From Vulcanimicrobiota bacterium (GTDB lineage Bacteria > Vulcanimicrobiota > Xenobia > Xenobiales > JADMJV01), in contig JBFWNU010000002.1 of assembly GCA_050250895.1 (NCBI GenBank), positions 375,575-439,574 of the forward strand: a stretch of 64,000 nt of DNA, read 5' to 3'. The notes under the pieces were generated by a model, which was given only the letters and a program-made list of their open reading frames with translations, did no database searches and was not told the DNA's origin. Shown here one piece after another: positions 36,035 to 44,678 of this stretch. A program made the translations under genes and the position numbers. The first letter of the stretch is position 1; every line of letters begins with the position of its first letter.

Positions 36035-37474
36035 TTACCCCGGCGAGGATTGGCTTAACCGGCGCGCCTGGCGCCGCAAGAAGGGGGGCAGCTGCTGGCC
36101 GTCGCTGGCCAAATCCGCTGCGAGCTCGGTGGCCAGGGCCGGATCGAACTCAAGCAACAGCTGCCCCAAGCGGGTCGGCGCCAGGCCGCTGGTGGCGGCG
36201 GTGCGTTCGAAGAGCCAGTCGGAAAAGCTCAGAAAGCGGTCAAACGGGCGCTCGCCCAGCAGCCTGCCGATGGTCCTGGGAAAGCGCCCCTGATTGGCCA
36301 CCAGGTCCCAAAAGCGAGCAAAGCGCCCCATCCGTTGCATGGTGGCGAAATCGAGGGTCGAATTGGATAACAGAGAGTAGGGCGGGCTGGGGTCGTAGAC
36401 CATCGAGAACGCCTGGTCGTGGCGCCCGATGGGAGTGCCTCGCAGTCGCTTGAGAATGCCCACCTGGATCTCTTGCGGACCCAGGGCCACCAGCCGGTCA
36501 AAGCCCCGGCCGAAGCTTTCGAGAGTCTCGCCCGGTAGGCCCACAATCAGGTCGGCATGCACGTGCACTCCCGTCTCGTCTCGCAGAAAGCGCAGGTTCT
36601 CTTCGAGTCGCTGGTAGTGCTGGCGCCGCGAGATGCGCTCGCCCACCTCGGGGTCAAAGGTCTGGATGCCCACTTCGAACTGCAGGGCCCCGGCGGGAAA
36701 CCGCCGGATCGTCTCGCGCAGGGCCTCGGGCAGCCGGTCGGGGATCATCTCGAAGTGGCAGAACATGCCCGGACGATAGCGTTTCAGGAAGAACTCGAGG
36801 ATGGCCTGGCTGGTCTCGACCTTGAGGTTGAAGGTGCGGTCCACGAACTTGAAGCGCAAGGCCCCGCGATCAAGCAGGCGCTCGAACTCTTCCAAGAGTG
36901 GCTCGAGGGGGAAGCTGCGCACGGCCTTGTCCAACGACGACAGGCAGAACTCGCAGCGGAAAGGGCAGCCCCGCGAGGCCTCGACATAGACGACCCGCTG
37001 GCGCAGATCCTGCTGGCTATAAAGAGAGTAGGGGAGAGCCAGTTGCTCGAGGGGCGGCAAACCCCCGGCCTGCACCTTGTCGGGTCGTTGGCCACCCAAA
37101 AGGGCCTGGCAGAGGCGGGGCAAGGCCACCTCACCCTCGCCGGTGACCACATAGTCGGCCGCCTCGACCAGGGGCTGATCGAGTTCGTGGCTGACCTCGG
37201 GACCGCCCACGATGACTGGCAAATCGGGCCGCAACCGCTTGAGCAGGCGCACCGTCTCGAGGGCAGGGGCGGCGTTCCAGATGTAGCAAGACAATCCCAC
37301 CAGCCGGGGACCGTAGCCCAGGAGCTTCTCGACGAAGTCGACCGGACGCTCTTTGATGGTCGACTCGAGCAGCCGACTGCTCAGCTCACCCAGGTTGGCC
37401 TGCAGATAACGCAAGCCGAAGGCCGCATGGATATAGCGGGCGTTCTGGGTGGCCAGGACCAGGTCGACGGTCAC
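36035..37474 (-). CDS. B12-binding-domain radical SAM protein (DUF4080-type)
   Basis: [38 protein letters not shown]; GTG start overlaps upstream stop. Confidence 0.9.
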   Translation of the reverse strand: MTVDLVLATQNARYIHAAFGLRYLQANLGELSSRLLESTIKERPVDFVEKLLGYGPRLVGLSCYIWNAAPALETVRLLKRLRPDLPVIVGGPEVSHELDQPLVEAADYVVTGEGEVALPRLCQALLGGQRPDKVQAGGLPPLEQLALPYSLYSQQDLRQRVVYVEASRGCPFRCEFCLSSLDKAVRSFPLEPLLEEFERLLDRGALRFKFVDRTFNLKVETSQAILEFFLKRYRPGMFCHFEMIPDRLPEALRETIRRFPAGALQFEVGIQTFDPEVGERISRRQHYQRLEENLRFLRDETGVHVHADLIVGLPGETLESFGRGFDRLVALGPQEIQVGILKRLRGTPIGRHDQAFSMVYDPSPPYSLLSNSTLDFATMQRMGRFARFWDLVANQGRFPRTIGRLLGERPFDRFLSFSDWLFERTAATSGLAPTRLGQLLLEFDPALATELAADLASDGQQLPPFLRRQARRLSQSSPG

Positions 37475-37821
37475 ATCCAGATGTTCTTGGCGTCGATCGA
37501 GCCGTCCCAGTCGCGCCCGCCGTGGACCCTCAGGACCTTGCCGACATGGCCCTGAAAGGCCTTCCATTGGCCCTCAGGAGTGATGACTTCGTCCTTGAAC
37601 TTGCCATCTTTGAGCTGCTGGCGCTGGATGACCACCGTGTCTTGTTTGATGTAGATCCAGTTCTGGCGCAACTTGGGGTCGTCTTCGACCCGCGCCACCC
37701 CGATGCGTTGTTCCTTGGGGTCGACATCGACCACCCGAAACTCGCCCGTGACGGTCAGCATCTGGGCCTGGCTCGGGGCCAGGCTCAGCAAGACCAACAC
37801 CAACAAATAGATTCTACGCAT
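37471..37821 (-). CDS. Small secreted hypothetical protein
   Basis: GAGG SD; signal peptide [19 protein letters not shown]. Confidence 0.72.
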   Translation of the reverse strand: MRRIYLLVLVLLSLAPSQAQMLTVTGEFRVVDVDPKEQRIGVARVEDDPKLRQNWIYIKQDTVVIQRQQLKDGKFKDEVITPEGQWKAFQGHVGKVLRVHGGRDWDGSIDAKNIWM

Positions 37822-37837
37822 ATTCACCTCAGGATAT

Positions 37838-37861
37838 GAAAAAGGCCCCGGTGGGGGGCCT
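37838..37861 (-). terminator. Rho-independent terminator after tRNA-Asn
   Basis: Minus strand AGGCCCC-CCACC-GGGGCCT followed by TTTT. Confidence 0.7.
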
Positions 37862-37862
37862 A

Positions 37863-37937
37863 TGGCTCCGACGGTTGGATTTGAACCAACGACCAACCGG
37901 TTAACAGCCGGTTGCTCTACCACTGAGCTACGTCGGA
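37863..37937 (-). tRNA. tRNA-Asn(GTT)
   Basis: TCCGACGTAGCTCAGTGGTAGAGCAACCGGCTGTTAACCGGTTGGTCGTTGGTTCAAATCCAACCGTCGGAGCCA; cloverleaf, encoded CCA. Confidence 0.97.
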
Positions 37938-38074
37938 TCGCGTCATCAGTTTCTGGTTTGTGATTATAGCACGGTGATCCAGGGCTGTAAACCCCTATGG
38001 GGACGTGACGGAAAGTCAGTCGTGGAGCGGGAATGTCCTGGTTTTGTCAGAATCATTCGGACAGGAGGATATCC

Positions 38075-38509
38075 ATGCAGAAATCTTTTCGTCTGTTCCT
38101 GACGCTCTTGCTGAGCCTGTCCATGGCCGTGGCCGCACTGGCCGAATCCGAGACTCACAAAAAGCTCAACGCCGGCTCCGAGGGGGAGGTCATCAACTTG
38201 AAGCCTCACCTCGTCGGGGGCAAGACCAACATCATCGATTTTTATAGCGATTACTGCCCGCCCTGTCGGGCTGTGGCCCCCTATCTCGAGAAACTGGCCG
38301 CCAAAGACCCTGACGTGGTGGTCGGCAAGGTCGACATCAACCGCCCCGGCCACCGCGGCATCGATTGGAAGTCGCCGGTCGCCGAGCAGTTCGGCCTGCA
38401 GAGCGTACCTCACTTCAAGGTCTATGACGGCACCGGCAAGCTGGTTGCCGAAGGCGACGAGGCCCGCCAGATGGTGATCGAGTTGCTCGAGAAGAACAAG
38501 ATCGAATAG
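38075..38509 (+). CDS. Exported thioredoxin-family protein
   Basis: Signal peptide; DFYSDYCPPC, SVP; AGGAGG SD. Confidence 0.88.
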   Translation: MQKSFRLFLTLLLSLSMAVAALAESETHKKLNAGSEGEVINLKPHLVGGKTNIIDFYSDYCPPCRAVAPYLEKLAAKDPDVVVGKVDINRPGHRGIDWKSPVAEQFGLQSVPHFKVYDGTGKLVAEGDEARQMVIELLEKNKIE

Positions 38510-38526
38510 GCCCGAGAAGGCCGCGC

Positions 38527-39135
38527 ATGCGCGCTAATCTACTGATACTCGGCTTCTTTTTAGCGGTCTGCGCCTGCCTGTTTGCACCCCCCGAGACCGC
38601 GCTCGAAACCCCGTCGCCGATTTGGTCGGTGGACGGGGTTTCGCTCGGCATGACGGCCGACCAGGTGCGGACTGTCTGGGGCGACCTCGAGGAGAGCAGC
38701 CTCTCCGATGGCCTGCGATGCCTCCATAAGTCTGGCCGGGCCTGGGATGGGACTAATTTCGCCTGGTTTGATCCCGAAGGACGAGTGCATTGCGTCACCG
38801 GCCACCGGCTTAGGCGCGGCCAGCAATTGCTGGTTTCGACCGGCATGGACTTCGACCCGGTCGAACTCGGCGAACCGATTGCCGACCCTCGCATCAGCGT
38901 GTGCGGCGACGGGGTTGGGGTCGTGCGGGACAAGTGGTTCCAACTGGAAAGCGATGTCCTGGTCCAGGTCGAGGGACTCTCCTTGGAGTCTGTCGAGTTG
39001 CCTCCCGGAACCGACCGCGCGAAGATTCTGGCGGCTCATCCCCAGTTTGGTCGCGTCAGCGCGGTGACCCTGCGCCGCCGCGAACTGCGGTCGCTTCTGT
39101 CCGAGGCTCCGCCCTGGTCTTCCGCGCGGAAGTAG
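38527..39135 (+). CDS. Exported hypothetical protein
   Basis: Signal peptide; 'VDGVSLGMT..QV...WG' start. Confidence 0.65.
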   Translation: MRANLLILGFFLAVCACLFAPPETALETPSPIWSVDGVSLGMTADQVRTVWGDLEESSLSDGLRCLHKSGRAWDGTNFAWFDPEGRVHCVTGHRLRRGQQLLVSTGMDFDPVELGEPIADPRISVCGDGVGVVRDKWFQLESDVLVQVEGLSLESVELPPGTDRAKILAAHPQFGRVSAVTLRRRELRSLLSEAPPWSSARK

Positions 39136-39180
39136 GGCCCAACAGCGGGGTCTGGCCCGCCGGCGGGCGAAAGCGGATGC

Positions 39181-39600
39181 ATGCTTTGTGTCAACACCTA
39201 TACTCAAGACTACATCGACGCCTGCAGGGCTCGCATCCAGACTCAGCTGGATGCCTATGGAGCGGTGGTCAACGCGGCTGCCGGCAAGGATGCGGTGGAA
39301 GGGGCTCTGCACACGTTCGAACCTCACTTTTTCAACAACCTGGTGCTGGTGCTCGAGGGCTGCTTCGTGCACCGGGCTCGGGCCAAGGAGAAGAAGGACG
39401 GCAATCCCCTCAATGAGGTGCGAATGCTGAGCAACTCGCTGATGGCCGGGAGCTTTCTTGAAGAAGACAAGTCGATCAAGTATAAGCCCGACCAGTCGGT
39501 GCTGGGGTATGCGGTGGGCGACGAGATTGGCTTGCACCGGGCCGAGTTCGAGCGGCTGGCGGCGGCCTTCTTCCGTGAGATCGAGGCGAAGTACCTCTAG
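39181..39600 (+). CDS. Hypothetical protein
   Basis: Clean ORF with protein-like composition (FVHR.R..E.KDGNPLNEVR). Confidence 0.72.
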   Translation: MLCVNTYTQDYIDACRARIQTQLDAYGAVVNAAAGKDAVEGALHTFEPHFFNNLVLVLEGCFVHRARAKEKKDGNPLNEVRMLSNSLMAGSFLEEDKSIKYKPDQSVLGYAVGDEIGLHRAEFERLAAAFFREIEAKYL

Positions 39601-39675
39601 GGGGCAACCGGATACGGCCCGTCGGCAAAGGTGTCGGCGTGATAACCTTTCATGCCGATGGCTGCCGTGATGGGG

Positions 39676-40575
39676 CTAAAAGACCGGTTGGCCCGTAGCT
39701 AATCGCTCGAGCACCGAGCCAAAATCGAAGCGAGGCTGCCACCCCAGTTCGCGCCGGGCCAGCTCGTTGACATAGACGCGGTCGAGGGTGGGCAGCATCT
39801 TCCAGCCCCTCTGAGCGAACAACTCGGGATAGTGGGGGAAGAGTTCGGCCACCACGGCTGGCGCGTCGTGGCCGAGCCGCTCGAGGTGCTCGGGGCCGAA
39901 GGGTGTGGTGGCGCTGATGATATAGCGGCCAAAGTCGATACGGCCAACCTTTTCGGCGGCCAGCCGGTGGGCCTCGACCACATCCTCGACCTCGACCCGG
40001 CGATAGAGGAATTCGTTGACCTTCAGGTTGAGGTCGTCAAAACCGTTGCGCCGCTCGGGGTTGTCATCGGCTTCGGGAAAAAAGCGAGAAGTGCGCAGCA
40101 CCAGGGTGGGCAGACCAAAGGAGCGAGAGAAGAGTTCGCACAGGTCTTCGGCAGCTCGTTTGGTCACTCCGTAGATGTTCTTGGGAATCGGCTTGACCTC
40201 TTCGGTGATCCAGGTGGCCGGATTACCGGCGGCGGGAGTGAGAGCCGCCCCGAAGACGCTGGTGGTGCTGGTGAAGACCAGACCCCGGCAGCCGTGTTTC
40301 CTGGCCGCCTCGAGCAGGTTGAGAGTGCCCGTGATGTTGGTGTCGACGAAGTCCTGGCGACTGTGGGTAGCCACGTGGGGCTTGTGCAGGGTGGCCGTGT
40401 GTAAAATCACCTCGACGCCCTGGCAACACTGGTCGACGAAGGCCGCGTCGGCCAGATCGCCCACGCGCTGGGTAAAGGCAGAGGCTAGGCGATCGACGCC
40501 CACGAGCTGATGGGGCAGGCTGCGCATCAGCGCCTCGCCGAGGTGGCCGGCGCTTCCCGTGACCAGGATCTTCAT
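39676..40575 (-). CDS. NAD-dependent epimerase/dehydratase (extended SDR)
   Basis: MKILVTGSAGHLG, YGVTK motifs. Confidence 0.9.
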   Translation of the reverse strand: MKILVTGSAGHLGEALMRSLPHQLVGVDRLASAFTQRVGDLADAAFVDQCCQGVEVILHTATLHKPHVATHSRQDFVDTNITGTLNLLEAARKHGCRGLVFTSTTSVFGAALTPAAGNPATWITEEVKPIPKNIYGVTKRAAEDLCELFSRSFGLPTLVLRTSRFFPEADDNPERRNGFDDLNLKVNEFLYRRVEVEDVVEAHRLAAEKVGRIDFGRYIISATTPFGPEHLERLGHDAPAVVAELFPHYPELFAQRGWKMLPTLDRVYVNELARRELGWQPRFDFGSVLERLATGQPVF

Positions 40576-40767
40576 CGGCGCGGTTCCGAGCTTCTCGAGC
40601 CGAAGTCCTGCCGGCAAGGGATAGCCCCTGACCCGAGCAATCATCAGGTTGTAGAAGTCGAAGAGCGCGGAGTCGCCCAGAGCTCAGACAATCTCGTCGG
40701 GCCTGCCGTCGCGATGGTGCTAACTTCGCCACCCTGGCTCGACCCCGGACGTGCCGGGGTGTTTCCA

Positions 40768-41982
40768 TTACAGCGAACGCAGGGCCAGTTCGAGGCGCTT
40801 CATGCCCTTGAGGATGGTCTCGGGGTTGCTGTTGGAGAAGTTCAGGCGCAGCGTGTTCGGCTTGGGCTGGTTGGGGTAGAACGGGGTGCCGGGCACGAAG
40901 GCCACTTTCTGCTCGAGGGCCCGCTCCCAGAGGAGCTGAGCGCTAAAGCCCTCGGGCAGGGTGAGCCAGAGGAACATTCCGCCTTCCGGAGGGGTCACTT
41001 TCGTGCCCTCCGGGAAGATGCGATAGACTTCTTCGAGCATGACATCGCGACGTTCGCGGTAAGACTCGGCCACCTTGCGGGCCTGGCTCTCGAGAAAGCC
41101 GGCTTCGGCCAGCTCATGAGCCACCATCTGCGATAGGGTGGGAGTGTGCAGGTCGCTGGCTTGCTTGGCCTGGACCAATTTGGCGATGAGGTCGCGGGGG
41201 CCGAGCATGGCTCCGACCCGCAGGCCCGGGGCCAACACCTTCGAGAAGGTGGATAGGTACACTACCGAGCCATTGTAGACCTCGTCGTCGCGGGCCGCCG
41301 CTTCGAACTCGATGAGCCGCGGCAAACGCTGACCTGCAAAGCGAATGTCGCCGTAGGGATCGTCTTCCACCAGGCAGACGGGTCGAGCCTGGTTCCATTC
41401 GACCAGGGCTTCGCGACAGTCGGCCGAGAGGGTCGCCCCGGTGGGATTTTGGAAGTTGGGAATGCAGTAGACCAACTTGGGCTGGACGGTCAGGTTGGCC
41501 AGCGAGGTGGGAGCCTCGTCGAGAGGTACGCCGAGGAAATTGGCTCCGTAGAGCCGCCAGGCCTGGAGGGCGGCCAGATAGGTAGGGGTCTCGACCACCA
41601 CCGGGTCACCGGGATTGATGAGCACTTTGCCCAGCAGGTCGAGGGCTTGCTGCGAGCCGGTCGTGATGAGCACGTTGTCGACGCTGGCCGGCACCCCGAA
41701 CTTGCGAGCTCGAGCGGCCACCCACTCGCGCAGGGGGCGATACCCTTCGGTGGCGCTGTACTGGAGTGCCTGGGGACCCTGTTGCTGAAGAATCTTGGTA
41801 ATTGTCTCGGAGATCTCGGCGACCGGGAAAAGTTCGGGTGCGGGGAAGCCTCCGGCGAACGAGACGAAGTTCGGTTGCTCGGTGACCTTGAGCAGCTCGC
41901 GCACGGCAGAACTCTTGAGGTTGAGCGCGCGGTCAGAGAAGAACTCGGTCCAGTCAACATTAGGTTGGGCAAGAATCGTCAT
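40768..41982 (-). CDS. PLP-dependent aminotransferase class I (LysN/2-aminoadipate transaminase-like)
   Basis: SFAGGFP, FQNPTG, EDDPY, STFSKVLAPGLRVG. Confidence 0.92.
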   Translation of the reverse strand: MTILAQPNVDWTEFFSDRALNLKSSAVRELLKVTEQPNFVSFAGGFPAPELFPVAEISETITKILQQQGPQALQYSATEGYRPLREWVAARARKFGVPASVDNVLITTGSQQALDLLGKVLINPGDPVVVETPTYLAALQAWRLYGANFLGVPLDEAPTSLANLTVQPKLVYCIPNFQNPTGATLSADCREALVEWNQARPVCLVEDDPYGDIRFAGQRLPRLIEFEAAARDDEVYNGSVVYLSTFSKVLAPGLRVGAMLGPRDLIAKLVQAKQASDLHTPTLSQMVAHELAEAGFLESQARKVAESYRERRDVMLEEVYRIFPEGTKVTPPEGGMFLWLTLPEGFSAQLLWERALEQKVAFVPGTPFYPNQPKPNTLRLNFSNSNPETILKGMKRLELALRSL

Positions 41983-42055
41983 GGCGGAAAGCTCCCTTCA
42001 GCGGCTCTTCTAACTTAGCATGCCCGGGCCGACGCCACCAGGGACAATGCTACTG

Positions 42056-42089
42056 ATTGGACCAGACCAATTCAAATTGGATCTAGACA
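42056..42089. promoter_or_regulatory. Putative MocR operator
   Basis: ATTGG-accaga-CCAAT inverted repeat plus direct copy ATTGGATCTAGAC 20 bp downstream, between divergent aminotransferase and MocR genes. Confidence 0.55.
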
Positions 42090-42118
42090 GCTGGGCCGAT
42101 TCGGAGCATAGTGTGAGC

Positions 42119-43552
42119 ATGAAGCTCGAACTGCAGAGAGATGGGCAGCTGCCCCTCTACCGCCAGATTGCCAACGAGATTCGCTCGCTGATCGAGCGGG
42201 GTGTTCTGGCTCCGGGAGCCCGTTTGCCCACTGTTCGTCGCCTTTCTGACGAGCATGAGTTAGGGCGTTTGACGGTGCAGACCGCCTACTCCGAACTGCA
42301 GGCCCAGGGATTCATCGAGTCGGTGGTGGGCAGGGGCACCTTTGTCAGTGAACGTCCCCAGCCCGGCTCGTTGCCGCCGGCCATCGCCCCCCGGGTGGGT
42401 GGCTCGCTGGCCGAACTGCTCGACCGACTCCCCACCCGCTTGTTGTTGGGACAGGCCACCCCGGCTGAAGAGACCTTTCCGGTTCGCGAGCTGAAGGCTT
42501 GCTTCGGGCGAGCCCTGCAACAGCCTTCGAGCATGGCCTATGGCCCCGTGCTCGGCGAGGAGAGCCTGCGGGTCCAGATGAGCCGCATCCTGTTGGGACG
42601 CGGATTGGCGGCCGCGCCCGAATCGATCTTGATCACGTCCGGGGCTCAACAGGGCATCGATCTCGCCGTCCGCACCCTGACCACGCCGGACCGGCCGGTC
42701 GTCATCGAGGCTCCCGTTTATCCCGGCGTGCTCGAGCTGTTGCGGTCCCGGCGCCAACGCTGGCTCGAGGTCCCGATGGGTGACGAAGGGATGAATCTGC
42801 AGGTGCTCGAGGAGCTGTGTCGGGCTCATCGTCCGCCTCTGGTTTATACCATCGCCACCTACCACAACCCCACCGGAGTGGTCACCAATCAGGCCCATCG
42901 CCGGGCTCTGCTCGATCTGGCCGAAGAATATGACTTTTTGATTCTCGAGGACGATGTCTATGGCACGCTGGCCCTCGACGGCCGGGCTCCCGTCTGTCTC
43001 AAGGCCATGGACCACCACGACCGGGTGGTTTATCTGACCGGGTTTTCCAAGTCGCTCATGCCGGCCCTGCGACTGGGAGCCCTGGTAGCCTCGCCCGCTC
43101 GCCTGGCGGCCTTGACCCAGCTGCGAGGAGCCACCGACTTGATCTCGTCGTCGCTGATGCAGGCGACGTTGGCCGAGTTTCTCGAGGCGGGCCATTTCGA
43201 GGCTCACCTTCAGAAGGTTTGCGAACTCTATCGGCAACGGCGTGACGCTGCAGGCGTAGCTCTCACCGAGTTGCTACCTGATTGTGTCTGCCGTCTACCC
43301 CAGGGAGGCTTGTCGCTGTGGCTCGAGTTGCCCCCGGACATCGACGAAGGCGAGCTTTTTCGGCAGGCCCGGGAGCACGGAGTCATGGTGGCTCGGGGCC
43401 AGGCCTTTTTTGGAACCCCGGCCCCGGCCGGCTTCTTGCGGCTCACCTTCGCCACTCTTGGTAAACCGCTGTTCCGTCAGGGCGTGGCCGTTTTGGCGCA
43501 GCTCATCGAGGCGCAACGCCGCGGCCGACTACAAGGTGATCCCCTGGTCTGA
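42119..43552 (+). CDS. GntR/MocR-family regulator (wHTH + aminotransferase-like domain)
   Basis: PLYRQIA, RLPTVR, GRGTFV; HNPTG, EDDVY, FSKSLMPALRLG. Confidence 0.92.
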   Translation: MKLELQRDGQLPLYRQIANEIRSLIERGVLAPGARLPTVRRLSDEHELGRLTVQTAYSELQAQGFIESVVGRGTFVSERPQPGSLPPAIAPRVGGSLAELLDRLPTRLLLGQATPAEETFPVRELKACFGRALQQPSSMAYGPVLGEESLRVQMSRILLGRGLAAAPESILITSGAQQGIDLAVRTLTTPDRPVVIEAPVYPGVLELLRSRRQRWLEVPMGDEGMNLQVLEELCRAHRPPLVYTIATYHNPTGVVTNQAHRRALLDLAEEYDFLILEDDVYGTLALDGRAPVCLKAMDHHDRVVYLTGFSKSLMPALRLGALVASPARLAALTQLRGATDLISSSLMQATLAEFLEAGHFEAHLQKVCELYRQRRDAAGVALTELLPDCVCRLPQGGLSLWLELPPDIDEGELFRQAREHGVMVARGQAFFGTPAPAGFLRLTFATLGKPLFRQGVAVLAQLIEAQRRGRLQGDPLV

Positions 43553-43590
43553 TGCTTGCAGAATAGGCATCTGTGGGCTACACTCTGGGG

Positions 43591-44025
43591 ATGGGGAGGG
43601 CGCGCAGAGCAGGAATGGGTTTGGCCGAGTTGCTGCTGGCCATCGGTCTTCTCACGGTTGCCCTGCTGACGATGGTCGGTCTCTTTCTTAACCTGCTGGG
43701 CTCTTCCACCAAGACCTCCAACCTTACCGCCGGAACCTTTCTGGCTCGGGCCCGCCTACAAGAACTGATCCGCAAAGGCCTCTACGATCCGGTGCCGGTG
43801 GATGAGGCGGTGGGCATCTACACCACCGACAGCGACAACCAGACCGTCTTCTTTCATCGCGTGACCTCGACCCGACTCGATCCCAATCCGCCGCTTCACG
43901 GGGCTGGCTACTGGCTCGAGGTCGAGGTCTGGTGGTGGAACCGCGACCCCCAAAGTGGGCGGGCGGGCCAGGGCCGCATGTCGACCAGGGTGGGACAGTT
44001 CTATTATCCGGAGGCCGGCTCATGA
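43591..44025 (+). CDS. Minor pilin/pseudopilin (PilV-like)
   Basis: Prepilin motif RRAG-MGLAELLLA. Confidence 0.75.
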   Translation: MGRARRAGMGLAELLLAIGLLTVALLTMVGLFLNLLGSSTKTSNLTAGTFLARARLQELIRKGLYDPVPVDEAVGIYTTDSDNQTVFFHRVTSTRLDPNPPLHGAGYWLEVEVWWWNRDPQSGRAGQGRMSTRVGQFYYPEAGS

Positions 44026-44678
44026 AGCGCGGCCAGACCTTGCTCGAGACCATCCTGGCGATGTCGCTTTTGATGCTGGTGGTGGCCGCGATTTTCAGCG
44101 TTTTTGACCTGGGCCAGGGCTCGTTTCGGCTCTCGGTGATGCGCAACGACCTCCAGAACCAGGGGCGTGGGGCTCTGGTCTGGCTCGAGCGCGACGTGAT
44201 TCAAACTTCTTTGTCCAGCCTGGCCGTGGCCGATGGTCCTGCTCGCACGGTCAACGGATCGGCCCGTCACGCCGTTTGTGTCACTGGTCTTGACGACTGG
44301 ACCGGGGCGGCCAACTTCGACGCGGTTTCGGGCCTGCCGCGCTGGAATCGTTATCTCGTCTATTACGCCACCACCGAGCCCCAGGGCCGCTTGATCCGGC
44401 TCGAGATCAGCGTGGCATCCAATATCACCGGAGCCTGGTCTGATTTCGTCAACTACCTCGATAACGACCCCGAGACGATGACTTTGCCCACCGGCTACAG
44501 TCTGGAAGGCTATCGCGTGTTGGCCCGAGACGTGGTCGAGTTTCGTCTGGCCCCCGAAGACGAGACCCTACTGTTCGAACTGCTTTTGCACCGACGGGAG
44601 GCCGCTCGCATGGCTGGCTCCGAGGCTCGCGACGAGACCCTCGAACTTCATCTGGAGGCAACCCCGCTCAATGGCTAA
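44022..44678 (+). CDS. Minor pilin/pseudopilin (PilW-like)
   Basis: MKRG-QTLLETILAM prepilin motif; ATGA overlap. Confidence 0.78.
   Translation: MKRGQTLLETILAMSLLMLVVAAIFSVFDLGQGSFRLSVMRNDLQNQGRGALVWLERDVIQTSLSSLAVADGPARTVNGSARHAVCVTGLDDWTGAANFDAVSGLPRWNRYLVYYATTEPQGRLIRLEISVASNITGAWSDFVNYLDNDPETMTLPTGYSLEGYRVLARDVVEFRLAPEDETLLFELLLHRREAARMAGSEARDETLELHLEATPLNG

Noticed and set aside
37863-39600. Genomic island integrated at tRNA-Asn
   Set aside because: No integrase, no duplicated tRNA 3' end seen, and no clear compositional break.
40576-40767. Possible small gene or N-terminal extension between the aminotransferase and the epimerase
   Set aside because: No convincing start or SD; the epimerase domain begins cleanly at MKILVTG. 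A hairpin (ACCCCGG..CCGGGGT) is present but lacks a U-tract on the minus strand.
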